Assembly (NCBI GenBank): GCA_964345045.1
Contig: CAYFPM010000001.1
Coordinates: forward strand, 467,784 to 531,783
From: an uncultured Gammaproteobacteria bacterium
GTDB taxonomy: Bacteria > Patescibacteriota > Patescibacteriia > Magasanikbacterales > UBA922
DNA length: 64,000 nt
Direction of reading: 5' to 3'
Part shown: positions 1-8,974 of the stretch, piece after piece
Position numbering within the stretch: the stretch's first letter is position 1
How the letters are laid out: the number at the start of each line of letters is the position of its first letter
Translations under genes and position numbers: made by a program
The notes under the pieces: generated by a model
What the model was told of the DNA's origin: nothing
Databases searched by the model: none
The model's input: the letters and a program-made list of their open reading frames with translations, nothing else

Positions 1-492
1 AAGTGAAAATTTGTTTACCTGCCAAACTACTTTTTCTGGCTCAATTGAATGCATTCCATCGAGATGTTCACCACTATTGTTTCTGGCAATAGTTATATGG
101 GGGTGCCATTCTTTGTTGCCAGTATCAAAACCATGCCCGTGCAAAGCTGTAGCTAGGTCTTGGCGCAAGAGTTCTAGTTTGCGGTGTTCATTGGCCACAG
201 CTACATTGACTATATTTGGTTTGGACTTACTTGGAAAACCATTTATTTTGTCTAACCACAAATCCAAAGATTGGTGAGACGTAGCAATTTCTTGACCTAC
301 TTTGGTCACAGCTTCTATAGCCTGATCTGGCCACTCTCCCAAAAAAGCCAAAGTGAGATGAAAATTTTCTGGGGCTGTCCATCTCAAGTGTGCCTTTTTG
401 TTTAAAAATTCTAATTCTTTTTGTAGTCTTTGCAACTCTTGGCTTACTTCTTTGCTTACCTTTAGTGCAAGAAAAAGTCTTTTTTTGTCCAT
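1..492 (-). CDS. thpR: RNA 2',3'-cyclic phosphodiesterase / 2'-5' RNA ligase family (2H phosphoesterase); partial, 3' end runs off window start
   Basis: Not in the ORF track because it has no in-window stop. Manual reverse-complement translation from ATG (492..490) gives MDKKRLFLALKVSKEVSQELQRLQKELEFLNKKAHLRWTAPENFHLTLAFLGEWPDQAIEAVTKVGQEIATSHQSLDLWLDKINGFPSKSKPNIVNVAVANEHRKLELLRQDLATALHGHGFDTGNKEWHPHITIARNNSGEHLDGMHSIEPEKVVWQVNKFSL... with the two H-x-T/S-x motifs (HLTLAFLG, HITIAR) diagnostic of LigT/ThpR 2H phosphoesterases. Confidence 0.65.
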   Translation of the reverse strand, partial: MDKKRLFLALKVSKEVSQELQRLQKELEFLNKKAHLRWTAPENFHLTLAFLGEWPDQAIEAVTKVGQEIATSHQSLDLWLDKINGFPSKSKPNIVNVAVANEHRKLELLRQDLATALHGHGFDTGNKEWHPHITIARNNSGEHLDGMHSIEPEKVVWQVNKFSL

Positions 493-527
493 ATTTTAGC
501 AAAATTATGCTATAATCATAACACAAG

Positions 528-557
528 TTGACAGTAAAATCCAGTATGATATATTAT
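528..557 (+). promoter_or_regulatory. sigma70-like promoter for clpB (TTGACA-N18-TATATT)
   Basis: TTGACA at 528-533, 18-nt spacer, TATATT at 552-557; directly followed by the CIRCE inverted repeat and located ~65 nt upstream of the clpB ATG. Confidence 0.45.
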
Positions 558-583
558 TGGCACTCTTAGGATAAGAGTGCCAA
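557..583 (+). promoter_or_regulatory. CIRCE element (HrcA operator) upstream of clpB
   Basis: TTGGCACTC-N9-GAGTGCCAA is a perfect 9-bp inverted repeat with a 9-nt spacer. It matches the CIRCE consensus TTAGCACTC-N9-GAGTGCTAA with one mismatch per arm. It overlaps the -10 region of the heat-shock chaperone gene clpB. Confidence 0.65.
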
Positions 584-622
584 TAATATTAACTTCGTAT
601 TTTCGTAATTTCGCACATAACT

Positions 623-3259
623 ATGATTCCCCAAAATTTTACCAACAAATCCCAAGAAGCTTTACAAAGAGCCTCTCAAATTGCCAATGAAAATGGCCAG
701 CCACAAATGGAGCCACCTCACTTGTTCTCCTCTCTTTTAGAACAAGAAGACGGCGTTGTGGTGTCTGTATTAAAAAAACTAAACGTTAATTTGGTAGAAC
801 TAAGAGCAGAAACCAAATCTATGATTGGCCTAATTCCTAAGCAAGGTACGGCTATGTCTGGCAATATTGGCCAAATCCTTATGGGGCAAGCCATGATTTT
901 TATTTTGCAAAATGCAGCCCAAGAATCACAAAAGATGGGTGACGAATACATTAGTGTAGAACATTTGCTTCTTGCTTTTCTTACCAACAAAAATCCGGTT
1001 AGCGATATCATGTCGAAGCAAGGTGCTCAGTATGATGATGTGCTAAAAGTTTTGGCTACAGTCCGTGGCACCCAAAAGGTAGATTCCCCTGCTCCAGAAG
1101 CCAAGTACCAAGCTCTGGAAAAATATGGCAAAAACTTTACCGAGCTCGCCAGAAAAGAAAAATTAGATCCGGTAATTGGGCGAGATGATGAAATAAGAAG
1201 AGTAATGCAAGTGCTTACCAGAAGAACCAAGAATAATCCTGTCCTGATTGGTGAACCTGGTGTAGGTAAAACTGCTATTGCCGAAGGTTTGGCCCAAAGA
1301 ATTGTAAATGGAGATGTGCCGGAAAGTTTAAAAAACAAAGAAATTATTGGACTAGATGTAGGATCTCTAGTAGCTGGTACCAAATTTCGTGGAGAATTTG
1401 AAGAAAGATTTAAGGCTGTTCTAAAAGAAGTTAGTGATTCTCTTGGCAAGATAATTCTTTTTATAGATGAATTGCATACTATTGTAGGCGCTGGCTCTAG
1501 CGAAGGAGCGGTGGACGCTAGCAATATGCTAAAACCTGCACTCGCTAGAGGCGAACTGCATACTGTAGGAGCGACTACTCTAAAAGAATACCAACAGTAT
1601 ATAGAAAAAGATGCTGCTTTTGAACGCCGCTTTCAACCCGTAATGGTTCTCGAGCCAGATACAGACGATGCTGTGGCTATTCTTCGTGGTGTCAAAGAAA
1701 AATACGAAGTTCATCATGGTGTGCGTATTACAGACCCGGCTATTGTATCGGCTGTAGAACTTTCCAATCGTTATATTAGTGATAGATTTTTGCCAGACAA
1801 AGCGATTGATCTAATTGACGAAGCTACTTCTGCCCTACGCATGGAGATTGATTCTATGCCAGATGATTTGGACAAAATGAAACGAAAAATGATGAAAATA
1901 GAAATTGAACTTTCTGCTCTAAAAAAAGAAAAAGATCAAACTTCCAAAGATAGAATGAAAAAATTAAAAGAAGATCTGGAAAACCTGCGTGAAAAGAGTA
2001 ATGAACTGGAAGTACATTGGAAAAATGAAAAAGAAATTATTACCAAAATTCGTGATCATAGAAAACAAATTGACAAAATAAAACAACAAGCCGAGATAGA
2101 AGAACGTAAAGGGAATTTGCAAAAAGTAGCCGAGCTTCGTTATGGCAAAATTCCAACACTCGAAGAAGCTATAAAAAAAGACGAAGTTAAACTAGCCGAA
2201 ATTCAAAAAGGGAGATCTATTCTAAAAGAAGAAGTAACAGAAGAAGATATTGCAGCTGTAGTAGCCAGATGGACTGGAATACCAGTACAAAGAATGCTAG
2301 AGGACGAAACTATAAAATTAGCCAGAATGGAAGAGGAATTGAAAAAAAGAGTGATTGGTCAAGAAGAATCCATTATTTCTGTAGCCAATGCTATAAGACG
2401 TTCTAGAGCTGGTTTGTCCGAAGAAAAACGCCCTATTGGTTCATTTATATTTATGGGGCCTACCGGAGTTGGCAAGACCGAACTAGCCAAAGCCTTGGCT
2501 GAGTTTATGTTTAATGATGATGAAGCTTTGATCCGAGTAGATATGAGTGAGTTTATGGAAAAACACGCAGTTAGCAAAATTATAGGTTCTCCGCCAGGAT
2601 ACGTGGGCTACGACGAAGGTGGTCAGCTAACCGAAAAAATCAGAAGAAAACCTTATTCTGTAATTCTTTTTGATGAGATTGAAAAAGCACATCCAGATAT
2701 TTTTAACATGATGCTTCAGATTCTTGAAGATGGTCATGTGACCGATGCCAAAGGTAGAAAAGTAAACTTCAAAAATACAGTTATTATTATGACCAGTAAT
2801 ATTGGTTCTGAATCTATAATGCAAATGGGTAGAGCTGGTGAATTTGGTTTTGGCGACAGTGGAAAAGGTTCTAGTAAAAATAAGGAAGACAAAATTAAGG
2901 AAAAAGTTATGGATGCTCTTCGTGAGCATTTTAAACCAGAATTTTTGAACAGAATAGATGAAATTATTATGTTCCATCCCCTATCTCAAAAAGAGATTAT
3001 GGAAATTGTAGAAATTCAAATTGCCAAAGTTATTGAAAGATTGGCCGAAAAGAAAATTGAAATTAATGTAACAAAAAAAGCCAAAGAATGGCTAGGTAAA
3101 AAAGGTTATGACCCGAATTTGGGAGCTAGACCACTTCGCCGAGTAATTCAAACAGAATTGTTGGATCCTTTGGCTATGATGATGATTGAGGGTGGGGTTG
3201 AATCTGGTAGTGTGGTAGGGATAGATGTAAAAGCTGATAAATTGGTATTGAAAAAGTAA
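623..3259 (+). CDS. clpB: ATP-dependent chaperone ClpB (disaggregase)
   Basis: 878 aa. It has an N domain, two AAA+ modules (GEPGVGKT Walker A in NBD1; [12 protein letters not shown] Walker A in NBD2) and a long coiled-coil middle domain (about 130 aa) characteristic of ClpB rather than ClpA/C. Confidence 0.95.
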   Translation: MIPQNFTNKSQEALQRASQIANENGQPQMEPPHLFSSLLEQEDGVVVSVLKKLNVNLVELRAETKSMIGLIPKQGTAMSGNIGQILMGQAMIFILQNAAQESQKMGDEYISVEHLLLAFLTNKNPVSDIMSKQGAQYDDVLKVLATVRGTQKVDSPAPEAKYQALEKYGKNFTELARKEKLDPVIGRDDEIRRVMQVLTRRTKNNPVLIGEPGVGKTAIAEGLAQRIVNGDVPESLKNKEIIGLDVGSLVAGTKFRGEFEERFKAVLKEVSDSLGKIILFIDELHTIVGAGSSEGAVDASNMLKPALARGELHTVGATTLKEYQQYIEKDAAFERRFQPVMVLEPDTDDAVAILRGVKEKYEVHHGVRITDPAIVSAVELSNRYISDRFLPDKAIDLIDEATSALRMEIDSMPDDLDKMKRKMMKIEIELSALKKEKDQTSKDRMKKLKEDLENLREKSNELEVHWKNEKEIITKIRDHRKQIDKIKQQAEIEERKGNLQKVAELRYGKIPTLEEAIKKDEVKLAEIQKGRSILKEEVTEEDIAAVVARWTGIPVQRMLEDETIKLARMEEELKKRVIGQEESIISVANAIRRSRAGLSEEKRPIGSFIFMGPTGVGKTELAKALAEFMFNDDEALIRVDMSEFMEKHAVSKIIGSPPGYVGYDEGGQLTEKIRRKPYSVILFDEIEKAHPDIFNMMLQILEDGHVTDAKGRKVNFKNTVIIMTSNIGSESIMQMGRAGEFGFGDSGKGSSKNKEDKIKEKVMDALREHFKPEFLNRIDEIIMFHPLSQKEIMEIVEIQIAKVIERLAEKKIEINVTKKAKEWLGKKGYDPNLGARPLRRVIQTELLDPLAMMMIEGGVESGSVVGIDVKADKLVLKK

Positions 3260-3270
3260 AAATTATTTAT

Positions 3271-3298
3271 AAAAAGACAGCCTAATGGCTGTCTTTTT
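3271..3298 (+). terminator. rho-independent terminator (bidirectional) after clpB
   Basis: AGACAGCC-TAAT-GGCTGTCT stem-loop flanked by an A-run on the left and a T-run on the right. Confidence 0.6.
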
Positions 3299-3596
3299 AT
3301 TCCCCTGGAAAAATTTTATGGCCATCTTTGTCATAAAGATGAACTGCCAAGACCGGACAAGATTGCGCAGACATTATTAAAGTATCATCGTCTTCGTATT
3401 CTTCTTCATTTTCAGTTACATAAGCCAAATTTTCATCATCCATTTGAAAAGTTTTTTCGGCCACCAAAACACAAGATCTAGCCCCTATACAGCCTTGTCT
3501 GTCTACTACAATTTTTCTTATCCGACCAGTCTTTTTGGTGCCAATAGATACATCCTCAAATTCTTCTTTGATTTTTTTGTCTAGTTCGTCTTCCAT
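3297..3596 (-). CDS. small [4Fe-4S] single-cluster ferredoxin
   Basis: ORF 3297..3644; the likely start is the internal Met (MEDELDKK...). Motif CIGARSC...CP (C-x2-x-x2-C...CP) is typical of single-cluster ferredoxins. It has an acidic C-terminus and is the last gene of the suf operon. Confidence 0.5.
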   Translation of the reverse strand: MEDELDKKIKEEFEDVSIGTKKTGRIRKIVVDRQGCIGARSCVLVAEKTFQMDDENLAYVTENEEEYEDDDTLIMSAQSCPVLAVHLYDKDGHKIFPGE

Positions 3597-3858
3597 ATTA
3601 AATAAATTACATCGTCTTGCTTTAACCAAGAGACAATGAATCAACTTTGATAATACAAATAAGTGTAATCTGCGTTTATTAAAGATCTCCCAAAAAATTA
3701 TTAGCCTCTATAATTTCTTCGGCCTTTAGACTTTGATTTGGTTCAGATTTGTCTTTTACAATGTCGTCTGCAGGGTTGTCTCCACCTTGAATTTTTAGTG
3801 GGTCAATTTGATTTTGTTTTTTTTGATTGTTGTTATGATCGTCACACATATTTAGAAA

Positions 3859-4155
3859 TTAATTACTTGGTAATCCTAAGGCAGCTTTTAATTCTTCCGA
3901 AGGCTGCCATGGTGGGTCAAACGTTACATTTATATCTATATTTTTAAATTTTAATAGCTTTAGACTTTCTCTTATATCTTCTTTGATATGTTCACCCAGC
4001 GGACACATTGGGCTGGTATATGTCATGGTTATTTTTATATCATCTTTGTTTTGTATATCAATATCATAAATAAGCCCCATTGTCCATATGTCTACCCCTA
4101 TTTCCGGATCATCAACCGTTTCTAGCATTTGAATTACATCTTCTTTGGTTGCCAT
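3859..4155 (-). CDS. sufT: DUF59 / MIP18-family Fe-S assembly protein (SufT-like)
   Basis: 98 aa with DDPEIGVDIW...TMTYTSPMCPLGE. The conserved Cys in a TSP-x-CP context is typical of the DUF59/SufT family, and the gene lies inside the SUF cluster. Confidence 0.7.
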   Translation of the reverse strand: MATKEDVIQMLETVDDPEIGVDIWTMGLIYDIDIQNKDDIKITMTYTSPMCPLGEHIKEDIRESLKLLKFKNIDINVTFDPPWQPSEELKAALGLPSN

Positions 4156-4198
4156 ATCAATTATTCGTAAATTCGTGTTATTAGTATTTCGTACATAA

Positions 4199-5461
4199 CT
4201 ATGTAAACATCAACCACTCTGGTTTGAAAATGAGTAATAGACCCAAAATCAACATTAATAATCCGGAAACAAGTTGTACAAATTTGGCATATTTACCATT
4301 GCCACCACTAGTGGCCTTTAGGGTTACCATGGCAATCCCAAAAACAATCATATCGTCTATCATGTAAAACAAAATATAGCCGCCCATGTATAGATATCTT
4401 TCTAACGAGGTTACTTCTGCCAAAGCTAATATCTGTACAAACAAGGCTGGGAAACCAGCTGAACAAGCCAATTCTACCAGATTAACAGAAAAACCAAGTA
4501 AGGTAATTCCAAAGATAGACCATAACAAATTTTTGCGGTGAACTATTTCTTTTAGTTTATCAAAAATATTTTTACTACCTTTCATTCCAGAAACTTTGCA
4601 AGCAACCCCTTCTAATTTTCTATTTTTCCAATAATCTTTTAGGCTAACAGTACCTACTCCAACTGCCAAAGTTCCAATTAACAAACGAACAACCAAAGCT
4701 ACTCCAATAAATAAAATTAATTCTAACCAAGCTGCCATGAACACATAATAAGAAATCCCGCTGGTAAGAATAAATATTGAACCTAGTAACCAACGTTTTT
4801 TGGGTTCTTGCATTGGCAAAAGTAAAGAAATAAGAAATAACAAAACCCACATGGCACAGGGATTGAAACCATCTAATAAACCAATTACCAAGGTTAAAAG
4901 CGGCAAAGATACATTTGTAGCATCAACTTTTCCAAGAAAAGGTACTTCAATATTATTATTTTTTTCTCCAGAAAGGGCTGCTTCTATGGTATTAATTATT
5001 TGTTTTCCGGTTACATCATCGCTAGAATATCCTATGATTAGATCATTTACTCCAATAAAGGCTGCTGGTACTCCAGAAGCTTTTACTTGTCTTTCTTCGG
5101 CCATTTTTTTATAAAGAGCCGCATTGGCCGGATCAGATACTTCAAAAATTTGTATATCTAATTTGTCACCAAATTGTGGTTTGACAACAGACTCTATAAA
5201 AGCAATTTCATCTTTGCAATGTGGGCAAGTATCCAAATGAAACAAAACATACGGTATCTTTTCACTGGCTATTTGCAATTCTGTAGCTTCTTTATCCGCC
5301 ACTTCCAAATCAGCAGCACAAGTGGCTTCGCCATCTTCTGTAACTGCGCAGGGTTCTAAAATAATATCTTCTTCTGCCTTTACATGGTTGAAAAAAAATA
5401 AAAAGCCAAAAGTAAAAAGTATTAGCGTTAAAAATATTTTTGATTTATTTTTAAATATCAT
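4199..5461 (-). CDS. DsbD-like thiol:disulfide interchange protein (periplasmic thioredoxin/glutaredoxin-fold domain with CPHC fused to a polytopic CcdA-like membrane domain)
   Basis: Signal/anchor MIFKNKSKIFLTLILFTFGFLFFF; redox motif LDTCPHCKDE; C-terminal multi-TM region with conserved Cys in TM segments (GFNPCAMW, LACSAGFP) as in DsbD/CcdA. Confidence 0.5.
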   Translation of the reverse strand: MIFKNKSKIFLTLILFTFGFLFFFNHVKAEEDIILEPCAVTEDGEATCAADLEVADKEATELQIASEKIPYVLFHLDTCPHCKDEIAFIESVVKPQFGDKLDIQIFEVSDPANAALYKKMAEERQVKASGVPAAFIGVNDLIIGYSSDDVTGKQIINTIEAALSGEKNNNIEVPFLGKVDATNVSLPLLTLVIGLLDGFNPCAMWVLLFLISLLLPMQEPKKRWLLGSIFILTSGISYYVFMAAWLELILFIGVALVVRLLIGTLAVGVGTVSLKDYWKNRKLEGVACKVSGMKGSKNIFDKLKEIVHRKNLLWSIFGITLLGFSVNLVELACSAGFPALFVQILALAEVTSLERYLYMGGYILFYMIDDMIVFGIAMVTLKATSGGNGKYAKFVQLVSGLLMLILGLLLIFKPEWLMFT

Positions 5462-5470
5462 AATTTAAAT

Positions 5471-6208
5471 TTATTTTATAAATTGGTCATAACCATTTTT
5501 TTCAACCTCGTGAGCTAGTTCTACTCCCCCACTTTTTATAATTTTACCATTTGTCATAATATGTACAAAATCTGGCTCTACATATTGCAAAATTCTGTTG
5601 TAGTGAGTAATAAGCAGTACCCCGTGTTTTGGTGATTTGAACTTGTTAATTCCTTCGGCCACGATCTTGAGAGCGTCTACATCTAGCCCAGAATCTGTTT
5701 CGTCTAGAATAGCATATTTGGGATTTAGGGTTAGCAGTTGCAAAACTTCCATTCTCTTTTTCTCTCCCCCAGAAAAGCCCACGTTCAAGTAACGATTGGC
5801 AAAATCTGAATTCATGTTTAGTTCTTTCATTTTCTCAAGAAGTGCTCTGTGGAATTTGACTGGATTTAATTTTTCACCAGTAAGCGCTGCTACAGAAGTA
5901 CGCAGAAAATTGCTAATAGTGACCCCACCAATTTCTGGTGAGTACTGCATAGATAAGAATAAACCTTGTTTAGCTTTTTCATCTACTTTGGCTTCGGTTA
6001 TATCTTCATTTTCTAGTACTAAATTTCCTTCGGTAATTTCGTATTTTGGATGCCCCATGATGGTATTGGCCAGGGTTGATTTGCCAGAACCATTTGGCCC
6101 CATAATCACATGAACTTCCCTTGGTTTAATTTCCAAATCCAAACCATGTATAATTTCTTTATCTTCTTCGGCAAGTTTTACTTTTAAGTTTTTTATTTGT
6201 AGGGACAT
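5471..6208 (-). CDS. sufC: Fe-S cluster assembly ATPase SufC
   Basis: 245 aa ABC ATPase: Walker A GPNGSGKST, signature FSGGEKKR, Walker B ILDETDSGLD; closely matches SufC. Confidence 0.9.
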   Translation of the reverse strand: MSLQIKNLKVKLAEEDKEIIHGLDLEIKPREVHVIMGPNGSGKSTLANTIMGHPKYEITEGNLVLENEDITEAKVDEKAKQGLFLSMQYSPEIGGVTISNFLRTSVAALTGEKLNPVKFHRALLEKMKELNMNSDFANRYLNVGFSGGEKKRMEVLQLLTLNPKYAILDETDSGLDVDALKIVAEGINKFKSPKHGVLLITHYNRILQYVEPDFVHIMTNGKIIKSGGVELAHEVEKNGYDQFIK

Positions 6209-6223
6209 ATTTTAAAATTAAGA

Positions 6224-6598
6224 CTAAAATTTAGATTGAGTTAGAGATTTTTTGATTGTATCCAATCCCAAGGTCGCACATTTTTTTCTAGTATAACTTA
6301 TTTCAATTCCAAGTAATTCATAAATATCTTGGTCAGTTATTTTTTCTATTTCTTCCTTATTTTTGCCAATCATTTCATCACTAAGCAAAGACATGGCGGC
6401 TTGCGAAATTGCACAGCCATCTCCTTGCCAGCCTATCTCTTTTATTTTTTCATTATCAAACTTTACTCTTACAGTAATATCATCCCCGCAAAGTGGATTA
6501 AGACCTCTTTTTTCTATATCAAAATCATCTAGAACTTTCTTGTTTAGAGGATTGCGGTAGAGATCTAATATAAATTGCTTGTATAGTTCTTCTTGCAT
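6224..6598 (-). CDS. sufU: SufU/IscU-like Fe-S scaffold / sulfur acceptor
   Basis: ORF 6224..6619; the likely start is MQEELYKQFILDLYRNP. Conserved Cys in NPLCGD, GDGCAISQA and RKKCATLG are the three Cys ligands of the NifU/IscU/SufU family. Confidence 0.8.
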   Translation of the reverse strand: MQEELYKQFILDLYRNPLNKKVLDDFDIEKRGLNPLCGDDITVRVKFDNEKIKEIGWQGDGCAISQAAMSLLSDEMIGKNKEEIEKITDQDIYELLGIEISYTRKKCATLGLDTIKKSLTQSKF

Positions 6599-6669
6599 AA
6601 TGTATGGAACACGGATCAAACAGATTTAACGAATTTGTTTTTATTCGTTTGATTCGTTAAGTTAGTGTT

Positions 6670-7890
6670 CTATTCAAAAGTTTTAATAACCTCTTTTATT
6701 CCTTTTACTAGCTGATCAATATCTTTTTTATTATTATAAATCCCAAGCGAAGCTCTGGCTGTACCATTAATCCCCAAATATTTCATTAGAGGCATAGTGC
6801 AATGATGCCCAGCTCGGACGGCCACATTATTTCTATCCAAAATAGAAGCAATGTCATGTGGATGTACTCCATCAATTACAAATGAAAAAGCCAAACCTCT
6901 GTCGGCTATTATGGTTCCGACTAATTTTACTTTGTCTATTTTTTCTATTTCATTCAACAAATATTTGCTTAATTCTTGGCTATGTTCCCAAATATAATCG
7001 TAACCAATAGAATTAACAAAATCCACAGCGGCCCCTAGCCCAATAGCTCCCGCAATATTTGGTGTGCCAGCTTCTAATCTATTTGGCAGTTCGGCAAAAG
7101 TTGAGCTTTCATAGGTAACTTCGTTTATCATGTCCCCACCAAAAAAGATTGGATCAATTTTTTCTAGTTTTTCTTTTTTACCATAGAGAACCCCAATTCC
7201 AGTCGGTCCATAAATTTTGTGTCCAGAAAAAGTTAAGAAATCACAATCAAATTTTTTCACATCAATTTGGAACTGGGTTAGTGTTTGCGCTGCATCAATA
7301 ATAGTTGTTGCTCCAACAGACTGAGACATTTTGATAAGAGGTTTGATAGGACTAATAGTGCCCAAGGCATTGGAAATATGACAAAAAGAAACTACCTTAG
7401 TATTCTTATCAATTTTTTGGCTAGCATCTTTTAAATCTAAATTAAAATCATTTTCCTTTTCTTCTATATTATTACTCTCTAATTCTATAAACCTAATCTC
7501 AAAACCATATTTTTTACTCATCTCTTGCCAAGGCACTAGATTGGCGTGGTGTTCCATTCTGGTTAGGACTATATTATCTTTCTCACTCAAATCCTTACAA
7601 AGTGAATGCGCTAGCATATTCAAACTCATTGTCACTCCAGAGGTAAATATTACTTCATCATGTTCGGCATTTAGAAAGTGAGCTACTTTGGCGCGAGCAT
7701 TTTCGTATTCTAGGGTAGCTTCTTCACTAATTTTATAAACTCCTCTATGCACATTGGAGCGATACTTTTTGTAGTAATCATTTATTTTTTCAATTACAGA
7801 GTTGGGTGTTAGAGTGCTAGCTGCACTATCAAGATAAGCTAGTTTTGGGTTAGCTTTTAGCACTGGGAATTGTTTTCTTATATTTTTCAT
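6670..7890 (-). CDS. sufS: cysteine desulfurase SufS (class V aminotransferase, group II)
   Basis: 406 aa; PLP-lysine region FSGHKIYGPTGIGVLYGK; active-site Cys loop RAGHHCTMPLM typical of SufS/CsdA. Confidence 0.9.
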   Translation of the reverse strand: MKNIRKQFPVLKANPKLAYLDSAASTLTPNSVIEKINDYYKKYRSNVHRGVYKISEEATLEYENARAKVAHFLNAEHDEVIFTSGVTMSLNMLAHSLCKDLSEKDNIVLTRMEHHANLVPWQEMSKKYGFEIRFIELESNNIEEKENDFNLDLKDASQKIDKNTKVVSFCHISNALGTISPIKPLIKMSQSVGATTIIDAAQTLTQFQIDVKKFDCDFLTFSGHKIYGPTGIGVLYGKKEKLEKIDPIFFGGDMINEVTYESSTFAELPNRLEAGTPNIAGAIGLGAAVDFVNSIGYDYIWEHSQELSKYLLNEIEKIDKVKLVGTIIADRGLAFSFVIDGVHPHDIASILDRNNVAVRAGHHCTMPLMKYLGINGTARASLGIYNNKKDIDQLVKGIKEVIKTFE

Positions 7891-8483
7891 AGTTTGATTG
7901 CTATTTTTTCTTCGAAATCTTGTTTAACTTTCTCATCTTCTATTTTATTAAGTACCTCACCAAAATGTCCTTTTACAATCGTCTTAACTACTTCTTCTTC
8001 TGGGAGCCCACGAGATTGCAAATAAAATTTCTTGATTTCATCGATATAAGTAGTTGCTACACTGTGCGAGGCACTCACATCATCATTGGCAATTTCTAGA
8101 GCTGGGACAGCGTCTACCTTGGCATCACGAGAAAGTAATAGCGTATCTTCCTTTTGGTCACCGGAGCAGCCTGCTGTCCCCTTCTTTATATCAATCAGAG
8201 AGGTGTAATCCATCTTGGCTTTGTCATTCAAGACTCCTTTGGTAAGTAATTCGGATTTAGTATACGCAGCTATATGACGGACAATGTGAGAAGATTTGAA
8301 AACTGTTTCTCCACTTCCAAAAAACAATCCATATAGTTCAACTTTAGCTCCCTCGCCTTCGAGCATTACTTCTATATGTCTTTCAGCATTCTCATTATCC
8401 AAAATAATATCAAAAATCACTAGCTCTTCACCACTGGCAATTGATATTTTTTCTGATTTGGTTGTAAATAGTATTTTTTTCAT
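7887..8483 (-). CDS. sufD: Fe-S cluster assembly protein SufD (short form)
   Basis: ORF 7887..8507; the likely start is MKKILF, whose ATG overlaps the upstream GNAT stop as ATGA. C-terminal HSVATTYIDEIKKFYLQSRGL matches the SufB/SufD conserved C-terminal helix region. Confidence 0.7.
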   Translation of the reverse strand: MKKILFTTKSEKISIASGEELVIFDIILDNENAERHIEVMLEGEGAKVELYGLFFGSGETVFKSSHIVRHIAAYTKSELLTKGVLNDKAKMDYTSLIDIKKGTAGCSGDQKEDTLLLSRDAKVDAVPALEIANDDVSASHSVATTYIDEIKKFYLQSRGLPEEEVVKTIVKGHFGEVLNKIEDEKVKQDFEEKIAIKL

Positions 8484-8941
8484 TTTAGATTGATTTTGTA
8501 TATACATTTTTTTCTTTCACCACGAGTGTACATATCCATATCTTTTGGTAAATCTACTATATCTACCAATTCCCCACCAAGTCTTTCACAAGTTTTTTTA
8601 GAAGCTTCATTGTCGGGATTACAAGTAATTAATAAAAAGTCTAAATTGTGTTTTTTGGCTAACCCCAGTAATAATTTCACACTTCTGGCTGCATAGTGAT
8701 GCCCTCTAAAATTTTCATGAACTTTGTAGCCAATATGACCTCTATACTTAATATTCTCATTGTTGCCAATTCTTAAATCAATTTGCCCCATTTCCTCTTT
8801 CGTACTTGCGTTAACCATTTTGAATTTATAAGCTGGTACATAATCTTTTTCTGGAATAGCTGGATTTTTCTCAATCAAAATCAAACTAAGCTCATTATCA
8901 ATAAGCTCCTCCGGATCTAAAAATTTAAATTCTTCTTTCAT
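8480..8941 (-). CDS. GNAT-family N-acetyltransferase inserted between sufB and sufD
   Basis: 153 aa; core GHIGYKVHENFRGHHYAARSVKLLLGLAKK resembles GNAT motif A (acetyl-CoA binding). It is translationally coupled (ATGA) to sufD. Confidence 0.5.
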   Translation of the reverse strand: MKEEFKFLDPEELIDNELSLILIEKNPAIPEKDYVPAYKFKMVNASTKEEMGQIDLRIGNNENIKYRGHIGYKVHENFRGHHYAARSVKLLLGLAKKHNLDFLLITCNPDNEASKKTCERLGGELVDIVDLPKDMDMYTRGERKKCIYKINLK

Positions 8942-8974
8942 AAAATTATAAAATCAAAAATCTTAAATCTGCAT

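Noticed and set aside
718-1524. Minus-strand ORFs (97 aa and 165 aa) inside clpB
   Set aside because: Antisense to a high-confidence, full-length clpB; no motifs; typical shadow ORFs.
3271-3298. CAGCC-TAAT-GGCTG hairpin resembling the first stem of the double-hairpin element
   Set aside because: Only one stem with extended pairing (GACAGCC/GGCTGTC) and a U-tract: an ordinary intrinsic terminator for clpB, not an element copy.
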